DNA of 64,000 nt from Candidatus Latescibacterota bacterium. Lineage in GTDB: Bacteria; Latescibacterota; UBA2968; UBA8231. Position numbers and translations under genes: made by a program. The notes below the pieces were generated by a model. The model ran no database searches and was not told where the DNA came from. It worked only from the letters and a program-made list of their open reading frames with translations. Position 1 is the stretch's first letter. Every line of letters starts with the position of its first letter. Positions 47,460 through 55,795 of the stretch are shown here, piece after piece. The stretch is taken from NCBI GenBank assembly GCA_965204725.1, contig OZ242005.1, forward strand, positions 1,184,001 through 1,248,000, written 5' to 3'.

Positions 47460-49289
47460 ATGCAGCCGTTGCCCTTGTTCCCTATCACCTTGTTGGGGGT
47501 GGCCGTTGATCTCTGGCTGCGGCCGACGCTCGACTTGCGGCCAGCGCAGTGGGCGTGGTGGGGGCTGTCGGTGGGGTTCTCGCTGGCAATGTGGCAGGGC
47601 CTGTTCGCGTTTAGCAGCCGGTTGCGCCCGCGCCCACAAGCGGCGTTGGTCCTCGGCGTCGGCGCGCTGACCGCCGCGCTGACCGTGGTGTGGATCGGCT
47701 TCCACGAGGTGTTTTACTGCTGGCCGACGGCCTACGCGCTCGTGCATTCGGCCGGCCATCCCCGCGAGGCTTGGGGATATATCCGCCATGAGGCCGATTG
47801 GGGAGACGCCCTCGTCTGGGGAGTGGTGGTGGTCTTGGTCGCGGGCTGGTGGTGCTACAAGCTGCGCTCGGCCCGCCCGGCCGCGCCCGGCCGAGTTTGG
47901 GCCGCGCTGGGCTTGGCCGGGGCGGTGGCTTTTGGCGCGGTGCATCGCCACGCGAGCATCATGGTGCCGGATGCAGCGGCCGCGAAGCTGGCCATTGACC
48001 TAGCCGTCCATTCGCTCATCGGCGGGGTGCATGGGCGTTTGTTGCAAGCGAGCCGCCCGGCCGCGTCGGCGATTTACAGCGGCGCGCCCGTGGATGCGAG
48101 CGCGCCTAACCTCATCGTGGTCATCGGCGAAAGCGTCGCGCCCGGCCGCACCGGCCTCTATGGGTACGAGCGGCAAACCACGCCGCGGCTGGCAGCGTTG
48201 CGTACGGCACACCCAGCCGATTGGGTGCAGATGGAAAAGGCCGTGTCCAATGCCACGGCGACCAAGGTGGCGCTGCCGGCCATGCTGACCGGGCTTTTCC
48301 CGTCGCGCCCGCCAGTTGACCAGCACACCTTCCCGCTGCTGTGGCACTATGCCCACGCCGCTGGCTATCAGACGGCGCTGATCTCGGCCCAGAGCTATGC
48401 TTGGAACAATCTCGAGGGATTTTTCATCGATGACGCGCTGGACCACGTGTTTACGCTTGAGCGCTCGGACGCCGCGATCGTCAACTCCGAAGGCATGGAC
48501 GATGGCCGGATGATGGCGGAGACCCTCGCAACCATCGACCGCTTTGCCGCCCGCGGCCCGTTTGTGGTCGCCCTGCAATTCAACGGCACGCACTATCCGG
48601 GCTACGCTCCGCCCGATTGGCAGCCGTGGCCGGACGCGCGCTACGATAATGCGGTCGCCTATATGGACCACCTGCTCGGACAGCTATTCGACCACCTCGA
48701 CGCCCAAGGCTTAGCCGCGAATACGAGTGTGCTCTTTGCGGCCGACCACGGCGAAGACCTCGACCGCGTCCACCAGCTCCATCGCACGGATTCGTATTAC
48801 CAGACCGCCATTGCCATCCCGTTTTTTGCCGTGGTGCCCGAGCGGCACCGGCAGCGGTTGGGGGCGCGCTACGAGCAGTGGCGTCAAAACGCGCAGAGGC
48901 GCGTCGCGCTGACGGACTTGGTGCCGACCGCGCTGGACCTCCTCGGGCTGTCGGCCGATTCCTTGGTCGGCGCGTGGCAGGAGCGCCTCGACGGCCGCTC
49001 GCTCCTGCGGCCGCTCGCCCCCGAGCGCCTCATCGTGATCGTCAACACGGACGAACACGTGCAGTGGTCGCGCAAAGGCTACGCGGTTGTGGCCGGCGAT
49101 TGGAAGTACATCAACTACAGTTGGCGCGGCGCCATGCTGTTCGACTTGGCGGCCGACGCGCTGGAGCAGCGCGACTTGCTGGCGGGGGCCGCGCCCGCGC
49201 TGAGTCGGTCTGGGCAGCGGCACGTGCGCCGCGTACGCGCCTTGGTCGCCCAGACGCCCGCGCTGGCCGACATGCACGCAGAGTATTGA
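47460..49289 (+). CDS. membrane-anchored phosphoethanolamine-transferase/sulfatase-fold protein
   Basis: about five N-terminal TM segments; IVVIGES, YGYERQTTP, NATAT Thr nucleophile region, GTHYP, YDNAVAYMD, ADHGE. Confidence 0.8.
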   Translation: MQPLPLFPITLLGVAVDLWLRPTLDLRPAQWAWWGLSVGFSLAMWQGLFAFSSRLRPRPQAALVLGVGALTAALTVVWIGFHEVFYCWPTAYALVHSAGHPREAWGYIRHEADWGDALVWGVVVVLVAGWWCYKLRSARPAAPGRVWAALGLAGAVAFGAVHRHASIMVPDAAAAKLAIDLAVHSLIGGVHGRLLQASRPAASAIYSGAPVDASAPNLIVVIGESVAPGRTGLYGYERQTTPRLAALRTAHPADWVQMEKAVSNATATKVALPAMLTGLFPSRPPVDQHTFPLLWHYAHAAGYQTALISAQSYAWNNLEGFFIDDALDHVFTLERSDAAIVNSEGMDDGRMMAETLATIDRFAARGPFVVALQFNGTHYPGYAPPDWQPWPDARYDNAVAYMDHLLGQLFDHLDAQGLAANTSVLFAADHGEDLDRVHQLHRTDSYYQTAIAIPFFAVVPERHRQRLGARYEQWRQNAQRRVALTDLVPTALDLLGLSADSLVGAWQERLDGRSLLRPLAPERLIVIVNTDEHVQWSRKGYAVVAGDWKYINYSWRGAMLFDLAADALEQRDLLAGAAPALSRSGQRHVRRVRALVAQTPALADMHAEY

Positions 49290-49292
49290 AGG

Positions 49293-51419
49293 TTGCAGCG
49301 GTCCATTCCCAACACCTTTGCCACCGCCCCTACATCGCGCCCGGGGGCCGCGCTGGGTGCGACTTGGCGCGGCTTTTGGACGGGTATCTTTCTCAGCTTT
49401 TTTCTCGCCATTGGCGCGCCATACGCCAACATGGCCATGCATGCGACCTTCATGGCGTGGGACTTCAACACCCCGGGCGCGATCTTCCTGTTCCTCGTGC
49501 TCATCGGCCTGCTCAATGTCCTGTTCAAGGTGGTGGCGCGGAACGGGGCTTGGGCGCTGAGTGCGGCCGGGGTCGCGCTGGCGCTCTATCTGGCGTATTA
49601 CCTGCCTCAGCCGCAGATCGACCTGTTCAAGCCGGGCCTGTGGTTTGCCTCCTTTGTGGTGGCTTCGGCCCTGCTCAACGCGGCCTTGGTCTGGCGCGGT
49701 GGGTCGCTCGCGCTGGGCCGCGCCGACTTGGTCTTGGTGTACATTATGCTCTTGATGGTCTCGGGCCTGTGTACGATGGGCATGAGCCAGCAGTTGCTGC
49801 CCATTCTCGCGGCCTTTGCGTATTACGGTACGCCGCAAAACCAGTGGCAGGAAAAGCTCAGCCCGCTCTTGCCCGAGCATGCGATCTTGGTTGACGACGG
49901 CGGGGACAACCGCGCCTTCTTTGAGGGGGGAGCAATCCCCTATGGGGCTTGGGTCGAGCCGCTGTTGTGGTGGGCGGTGTTTCTCATCGCGCTCTACGCG
50001 ACGATGGTGGCCGCGGCCGTGATCTTGCGGCGGCAGTGGATGGACCGCGAGCGGCTGGCGTACCCGGTGGCGCAGGTGGGAGCGGCCATGGTGCAGGGCG
50101 AGGGCCGGGGTTTGGTCAATCGCTTTTTTGCGAGCCGGGCCCTCTGGTATGGCTGCGCCATCCCGGTGCTGTGGGGATCACTGGAGGCCCTACACCGGTA
50201 CGAGCCGTTGATGCCCAATGTAAATTTGCATTGGACGATGCCCTATTTCGGCCAGCGCTTGCAACTGCGGATCATTTTCGCGCTGGTGGGTTTTTCTTAT
50301 TTGATCAATACGAGCATCTCGGCCGGCCTGTGGATCTTCCAGCTCTTGGTCCGGGCCGAGTCCGAGTTCCTGCTTTTGACGGGCCTGATCTCCAAGCAGA
50401 AGTTCGTCTATGGCATTGCCTTCCAGCCCTATCTGGCCTATCAGGGCGGCGGCGCGTTGCTGGCGCTGGTGCTGGCCGGATTGTGGGTGGGCCGCGAACA
50501 CCTCAAGCGGGTGTTTTGCAAGGCGTTTGGGGGTGCCCGCGACCTAGACGATGGCGACGAGATCGTCTCGTATCGCGGCGCGGTTTGCGCCTTGCTGGCG
50601 GGCGTGGCGACGATGGTGGGGTGGCTGTGGCTGATGGGGGTGCAATTATGGGTGGCGGCGGTGTTTATTGGATTGGCGCTGTTGATCTTTATCGGGATTA
50701 GCCGGATTGTGGCCGAGGCCGGGTTGGCGGCCGTGCGCTCGCCCATGATCGCGCCGGACTTGATGATCCACGGCTTGGGCGTCAACCTGATCGGCACCAG
50801 CGGGGTGTTCAATTTGTCGCTGGCCTATATCTGGTGCGCCGACATCCGCATCTTTGTGATGGCGCTGTTGGTCAACGGGCTGAAGCTGGTCGAGGACGTG
50901 ACGCGGTCGAGTCGGCGGGTGGTGATGGGGGCGGTGTGCTTGGCCATTTTGATTGGCGCGGCCGGCTCGTGCTGGATGGTGTTGCAGATGGCGTACCGGC
51001 ACGGGGGGATCAATCTGGAGGGGTGGATTTTTAAGGGCGGGCCGTCAACCGTGTACAACTATGCGGTGCGCGGGCTGGAGCCGGCGGGCGTGGCGTGGGA
51101 TGGACTCGCTTTTTGCGCCGGCGGTGGGGCGGTCATGCTCTTGCTGATGTGGGCGCGGCACCACGTACTCTGGTGGCCTTTGCACCCGCTGGGCTTTGTG
51201 GTGGCCGCCAATCACCTGATGGACAAAATATGGTTCAGCGTTTTCATTGCGTGGGCGGTCAAGCGGCTCGTGCTGCGCTTTGGCGGGCCGGCGCTCTACG
51301 CGGCGAGTGTGCGCTTTTTTTTAGGGCTGATTATGGGCGAGAGCCTGTGCAACGGCCTGTGGATTGTCATCGACTACTTTACCGGCCAGACCGGCAACAA
51401 AGTGTTCATCATCGGCTGA
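49293..51419 (+). CDS. polytopic membrane protein (DUF6785/DUF6784-like)
   Basis: many TM segments; ILRRQW..RERL.YP, RIVAEAG, WWPLHPLG, W.VK...LRFGG. Confidence 0.75.
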   Translation: MQRSIPNTFATAPTSRPGAALGATWRGFWTGIFLSFFLAIGAPYANMAMHATFMAWDFNTPGAIFLFLVLIGLLNVLFKVVARNGAWALSAAGVALALYLAYYLPQPQIDLFKPGLWFASFVVASALLNAALVWRGGSLALGRADLVLVYIMLLMVSGLCTMGMSQQLLPILAAFAYYGTPQNQWQEKLSPLLPEHAILVDDGGDNRAFFEGGAIPYGAWVEPLLWWAVFLIALYATMVAAAVILRRQWMDRERLAYPVAQVGAAMVQGEGRGLVNRFFASRALWYGCAIPVLWGSLEALHRYEPLMPNVNLHWTMPYFGQRLQLRIIFALVGFSYLINTSISAGLWIFQLLVRAESEFLLLTGLISKQKFVYGIAFQPYLAYQGGGALLALVLAGLWVGREHLKRVFCKAFGGARDLDDGDEIVSYRGAVCALLAGVATMVGWLWLMGVQLWVAAVFIGLALLIFIGISRIVAEAGLAAVRSPMIAPDLMIHGLGVNLIGTSGVFNLSLAYIWCADIRIFVMALLVNGLKLVEDVTRSSRRVVMGAVCLAILIGAAGSCWMVLQMAYRHGGINLEGWIFKGGPSTVYNYAVRGLEPAGVAWDGLAFCAGGGAVMLLLMWARHHVLWWPLHPLGFVVAANHLMDKIWFSVFIAWAVKRLVLRFGGPALYAASVRFFLGLIMGESLCNGLWIVIDYFTGQTGNKVFIIG

Positions 51420-51449
51420 AACGGCTCATGCAGAAGGAATGCGACTTTA

Positions 51450-52175
51450 GTGATTGACCAAGTGCTTATTTTGGCGGCTGGCGATGGCTCGCGCCTGCGC
51501 GACCACGTGCCGGTGGAACACAAGGGGCTCGTCGAAATGGGGGGCGAGCCGCTCTTGGGGCGCACCTGCCGGGTGTTGGGCGAGTTGGGCTTGCGGGAGG
51601 CGATCGTGGTCACCGGGCATCGCGGCTCGGCAGTGCAAGCGGTCCTGAATGGGATGGGCGATTTGGGGATTGCGCTGCGATTTGTCGAGAACCGGCAATG
51701 GAAGCTCGCCAATGGGATTTCGGTGTTGGCGGCCGCCGAGGTGCTGGCGGAGCAATTCCTCCTCCTGATGGCCGATCATCTCTTCGACCCGCAGATGCTC
51801 GCCGCGATGTGCGGCGTCCGCTTAGGTCCTGGGGAGGTGGTGTTGGCGGTGGACCGCAAGTTGGACTCGATCTACGACATGGACGATGCCACAAAGGTTC
51901 GGCTGGCGGGCGAGCGCGTCGCGGCGATTGGCAAGGAGCTAACGGATTTCAACGGCATTGACACCGGCCTGTTTGCTTGCAGCAACGCACTGGTGGCGCA
52001 CCTGAGCGCGGTGGAGGCGCGGCGCGGCGATTGCAGCTTGACCGATGGGATGCGGGTGCTGATTGAGCGGGGCCGGTTGCGCGCTTTGGACATTGGCGCG
52101 GCGTGGTGGCAGGATGTGGATACGCTGGGGGCCTTGACGCACGGCGTTGGGCTGCTGCAGGCGCACGAGCACTAG
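51450..52175 (+). CDS. nucleotidyltransferase (choline-phosphate/inositol-1-phosphate cytidylyltransferase-like)
   Basis: LILAAGDGSRL, K.L, NG.S, LMADH, ATKV, IGKEL, DTGLF, WQDVDT. Confidence 0.85.
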   Translation: MIDQVLILAAGDGSRLRDHVPVEHKGLVEMGGEPLLGRTCRVLGELGLREAIVVTGHRGSAVQAVLNGMGDLGIALRFVENRQWKLANGISVLAAAEVLAEQFLLLMADHLFDPQMLAAMCGVRLGPGEVVLAVDRKLDSIYDMDDATKVRLAGERVAAIGKELTDFNGIDTGLFACSNALVAHLSAVEARRGDCSLTDGMRVLIERGRLRALDIGAAWWQDVDTLGALTHGVGLLQAHEH

Positions 52176-52402
52176 GGCACAGGCTCGCTCTTGCTTTGTT
52201 TGCGTTTGTTTTTGCGGCGGTACAGCACGTAAAAGGGGTACGAGGCGACGAGTGCGAGCGCGATGACCACGGCGGAGACCCAGCCGAACATGCTGCCGAT
52301 TGCGCCGATGATGATGATGGGGCCGATGTAGGCTTGGGCCGCGCTGCTCAACAGGAGCAGGAGCGCGCCGGCGAGGCTAATTCTCGAGAAAGGGCAGGGC
52401 AT
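52172..52402 (-). CDS. small signal-peptide/TM protein with AYIGP motif
   Basis: signal peptide ending AQA, then YIGP, hydrophobic helix and basic tail RRKNKRK. Confidence 0.6.
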   Translation of the reverse strand: MPCPFSRISLAGALLLLLSSAAQAYIGPIIIIGAIGSMFGWVSAVVIALALVASYPFYVLYRRKNKRKQSKSEPVP

Positions 52403-53696
52403 CTTGGGGTATCCTCTGGGCTTGGGTCATCATGCCGCGCAGGGGTTTGCCTTGGTATTCGGCGCGGTCTGGGTTGTAATATTCCCACACAATTTCGCCG
52501 GCGGGCGTTACTTCGAGCAAGCGGCCGCGTTGCGATTCCGTGATGAGGGTGTTGCCGTTGGGCAGGCGCTGTTGGGCGCCGCGGATCTCGCTGTCGAACC
52601 GCTGGTCGGGGCTGGTGCCTTGGTACGACCAGTACGTTTCGTGCGTAAAGAGGTCGATTTCGAGGACGCGGCTTTGGCCGAAGGGGTGGCCGCGCAGTCC
52701 CTGATTGTCAAAGAGCAGGACGCGGCCGTTGGGCAGCAGGTCGGGGTCGTGCTGCTGTTTCCAGATTCCTTCCCCATACCAGATCACTTGTTGCTCGACG
52801 GAACTGACGATGATGAGGGCGTTGGGGTTGCGCAGGGAGATGAGCAGGTCGCCGGCTTGGATGCGCGGGACGTGGGCGGCCCACGCGGGCGGGATGAGGC
52901 GAATGGCGTTGGTGTGGGTGACTTCGCTGTGGCGGGTGGTCTGCCAGCGGTCGAACACGCTGCGGTACGGCGAGTTTTTCAGGGCGCGAAAGATGGAAAA
53001 GCGCCGCTTCTCTTGGCCGGTTTGCCCGTCGATGACCACGGCGAAGTCCTCGATGTACGGCGGTTGAATGTTGCCGATGGGCGCGGTGCCAACTTCTTGC
53101 ACTAGCGAGTAGATGTTGCCCTCGCCGTCGAGGTCGAAGTCGTGGTGAGCGCTGCCGGTGTATTTCCAGATTACCTGTGAGTTTTTGTCCAGCTTGACGA
53201 GGCCGTAGCCGTAGGGGTAGTGGTTGACGTAATCGTGGTTGGCGAGTAGGTCGCCGTTGGGGTACAGGTGGGTGCGGTGCCAGTGCAGCATGTCGGGTTG
53301 CTGCGGAAAGGCGGCAAAGTCGTCTTGGTCAAAGGCGGCGGCAAAGTCGCATTGCCACTGGTGGACGATGGTGCCGAGTGAGTCCATGAGCACGGCGGCG
53401 GTGGCGTTTTTGGATACGAGGGTCAGCCCGGGCTGCATGGCCGCGGCGTTGTGGACGATGGCCCCGGATGGCGCGCTGGCGTCTTCAAACCACATAGTGC
53501 TGGTGAATTGGTTTTTGGTGTCGGTGAGGCTTTCGTAGAAATAGGCGAGGTGCCCGTACGCGTTGACCGCGTGGATGCGGATGTCGGGCGCGGGGGCGAG
53601 GTGGAAGATCGCCGCTACGACGCCGTAGATGTAGGCGAGGAAGAGGAGGCAGCAGATTAGGGTGGCGATGTAGGCTTTGTGGAGGAAGGAGGGCAT
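52377..53696 (-). CDS. arylsulfotransferase (ASST) family protein
   Basis: N-terminal TM; HHDFD, HTNAI, LISLRN, QQHDP...FDN, QRLPNGNTLITES..GRLLEV. Confidence 0.85.
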   Translation of the reverse strand: MPSFLHKAYIATLICCLLFLAYIYGVVAAIFHLAPAPDIRIHAVNAYGHLAYFYESLTDTKNQFTSTMWFEDASAPSGAIVHNAAAMQPGLTLVSKNATAAVLMDSLGTIVHQWQCDFAAAFDQDDFAAFPQQPDMLHWHRTHLYPNGDLLANHDYVNHYPYGYGLVKLDKNSQVIWKYTGSAHHDFDLDGEGNIYSLVQEVGTAPIGNIQPPYIEDFAVVIDGQTGQEKRRFSIFRALKNSPYRSVFDRWQTTRHSEVTHTNAIRLIPPAWAAHVPRIQAGDLLISLRNPNALIIVSSVEQQVIWYGEGIWKQQHDPDLLPNGRVLLFDNQGLRGHPFGQSRVLEIDLFTHETYWSYQGTSPDQRFDSEIRGAQQRLPNGNTLITESQRGRLLEVTPAGEIVWEYYNPDRAEYQGKPLRGMMTQAQRIPQDALPFLEN

Positions 53697-53744
53697 GGGC
53701 TAGCTATGGTAAATTCAACAGGATGGTGTCGAGTGCGACCCGCG

Positions 53745-53990
53745 TCATAGGCTCTGGCTTCGCACCGCCCGGCTGGATTCGACGATCACCTGCTCTATCT
53801 CTTCGGCGGGTATATCCTTAAAGCCCATGCGAAATCGCTCCACGGCTTCGCGGACATCTTCTCGAGGCTGAACCGACTCATCTTCCTCTATGAGAATGAA
53901 GGCCCTAACCTTGGTCGACAAGGGTTTTCCGGTCTGTCCAAGCTGTTCAATCAGTGCGCCAATCGTGGTATTCGTTTCGGTAATTTTCAT
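53745..53990 (-). CDS. hypothetical small protein (antitoxin-like)
   Basis: 81 aa from ATG 53990 after GAGGGG; C-terminal EEIEQVI.E..RAVR. Confidence 0.55.
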   Translation of the reverse strand: MKITETNTTIGALIEQLGQTGKPLSTKVRAFILIEEDESVQPREDVREAVERFRMGFKDIPAEEIEQVIVESSRAVRSQSL

Positions 53991-54031
53991 GATCCCCTCG
54001 CTAAAATTTACAAGCTGTAATTCAGCCCTCC

Positions 54032-54307
54032 TCAACGCCGGATTGTGTTTACAACGTCTAGATCGCCGTCAATCTCCTCCACTTCGCAGTCGTTGATTGG
54101 GATTTGGCGATGGGAGAGGAGAGCCAGAAATGCGCGGTAGGAGAGGCCCAACAGTTCGGCCCCTTTGCGAATGGAGATGCGCTTTTGGCGGAAAAGATCG
54201 AGCACCACAGCTTCTTTCATAGCAGTAGAGGCCGTGGCCGCGTCTGTCCAGAGGCCCTTGACTAGGGACTGGGGAAATTCTAGGGAGAGTTTGATCGTGT
54301 CTGCCAA
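54032..54307 (-). CDS. UPF0175 family protein
   Basis: LF....ISI.KGAELLGLS...FL.LL....IP; TTG start after AGGAGG. Confidence 0.85.
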   Translation of the reverse strand: MADTIKLSLEFPQSLVKGLWTDAATASTAMKEAVVLDLFRQKRISIRKGAELLGLSYRAFLALLSHRQIPINDCEVEEIDGDLDVVNTIRR

Positions 54308-54353
54308 AATAGCCTCCTACCTATGAGTATATAGCGGTGGGAGGCTTTTTGGC
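54302..54353. promoter_or_regulatory. long imperfect inverted repeat covering the promoter/RBS of the UPF0175 gene
   Basis: tgccaaaatagcctcctacc ... ggtgggaggctttttggca. Confidence 0.55.
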
Positions 54354-54361
54354 AACGGCGG

Positions 54362-55315
54362 CTAGCGTGGGTTGGTGGAGACGAGGACGGTGGAGGGGTC
54401 GCCGTATTTTTCAATGAGCCAGCGTGATTGTTCATAACTATCCGGTGAGGTAAAATGGGTCTGCAACCATAGCTCTCCGATCTTTCGCTTGCTATGGAAC
54501 TCGCTGCCGGTTGGGTGAGTCGGGTCAGTGTGTAAAAGGTTTCGGTTTCCTTTAATTGCTGGTACTGGGCAATCTCCTGCTGAAATTTTGCCCGTTTCAA
54601 CCAAGTGCTCGGCAACACTGACCAATAGATCGGTCCAATTTTTAATCGGTTTTGGACCTGAGTTTGAAAACCTGATGGATGCCGGTGCTTTCTGACCACT
54701 TTCTACTTTCAATAACGTAAGTGACCTCCAATCGCCGTTATTGGTCGGCTCAGGCATCGTTGGCACGGAGTCTTCGGGCGAGGGTTTTATTACCGGCGTC
54801 GCCGCTTCCTTCGGCAGCTCCCCACTCGCCAAATTAGGTCGCCATAGACCTAAAGCCTGCAACGCACAAGCGTAAGGTCCTTCCTGCGTCAATTGGAATT
54901 CCATCAGGACTTTGTCTGGGTCATCAATCGGGACTGGCTTAAATACTTCTAACATCCGCCAATGATCGCCATTCGTGAGGGCCATGTAGGGAATACCAGC
55001 CGTGGTAGCGTAGTCGAGTGCCTGCTTCGTTGCCTTCTCATCCAACAGCGTTCCTAGGACCTTGGCTTCAATCACAGCTATCGGTTTGTCGCTTCCCATC
55101 AGCACGTAGTCAAGCCGATATTTCTTCTTACCGACCCCGGTCTCGTATTCGAGTTCGACGGAATTGGGGTCTTCAGCGTCCCAGCCTAGTGCGCGAAGCA
55201 TGGGATCGATGAGCACCTGCCGCGTCCGCGTCTCATAGCCTTCTAAGTATGCGCGATGTGCATGAATGCGCTTCCGTAGCGTTTCGATGGTTGCTTTCAG
55301 ATCGTCTAATGCCAT
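54362..55315 (-). CDS. stand-alone HsdR_N-type restriction endonuclease domain protein
   Basis: ETRTRQVLIDP.L.ALGW, EY, LDYVL...VIEAK, QALDY, LTNG..W; extra C-terminal domain. Confidence 0.85.
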   Translation of the reverse strand: MALDDLKATIETLRKRIHAHRAYLEGYETRTRQVLIDPMLRALGWDAEDPNSVELEYETGVGKKKYRLDYVLMGSDKPIAVIEAKVLGTLLDEKATKQALDYATTAGIPYMALTNGDHWRMLEVFKPVPIDDPDKVLMEFQLTQEGPYACALQALGLWRPNLASGELPKEAATPVIKPSPEDSVPTMPEPTNNGDWRSLTLLKVESGQKAPASIRFSNSGPKPIKNWTDLLVSVAEHLVETGKISAGDCPVPAIKGNRNLLHTDPTHPTGSEFHSKRKIGELWLQTHFTSPDSYEQSRWLIEKYGDPSTVLVSTNPR

Positions 55316-55497
55316 TGGAGTAGCTCCTCTTGGTGGGTGATGGACGTGAGATTGTTAGACGCGAGCGGTGGGGTTGTGGATATTTGTTCAAAGCCTTTAA
55401 GCGCGTGGTTCATCAGCGAAAGGCCCTCTTGATTGGCCAGATGCCGAATTCGGTCGGCCAATTCTCGGTCAAATCCATTCGGTGTTAGCTGGTTCAT
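55306..55497 (-). pseudogene. truncated ribbon-helix-helix antitoxin-like gene
   Basis: MNQLT..GFD.EL..RIR.LA..EG.SL then loses similarity; no toxin follows. Confidence 0.5.
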
Positions 55498-55518
55498 GAT
55501 CCCTCGTTGAGAGTTACA

Positions 55519-55544
55519 AGCTATCTTAGTCAGCTATCTTAGTC
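55519..55544 (+). repeat. 13-bp perfect tandem duplication
   Basis: agctatcttagtc agctatcttagtc. Confidence 0.85.
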
Positions 55545-55613
55545 AATGGATCGCCTCCACCCGGTACGCATCGGGAACAGCAGAAAAGGCGGACGCAACG
55601 TAGGGGTCGCGTA

Positions 55614-55752
55614 CTTAGAAGCGGTCAGAATACTCTGGTGGCCGTCGCTTGGGTCTAAACGATCCCGGCTGGATTCCCGCTTTCGCGGGAATGACGGATC
55701 CCGGCTCTACGGCTTGTTCAACACGCCAAGGGGGGGTCAGACCGCTTCTAAG
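55614..55752 (-). mobile_element. 139-bp MITE-like element with 13-bp terminal inverted repeats and internal CGTC/dRS3 palindrome (copy 2)
   Basis: cttagaagcggtc ... gaccgcttctaag; internal ctggattcccgctttcgcgggaatgacg; homologous to 16160-16265. Confidence 0.75.
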
Positions 55753-55795
55753 GCAATAATGTATGAATATCCTTCCACAGACTTTTCAATAAGCC

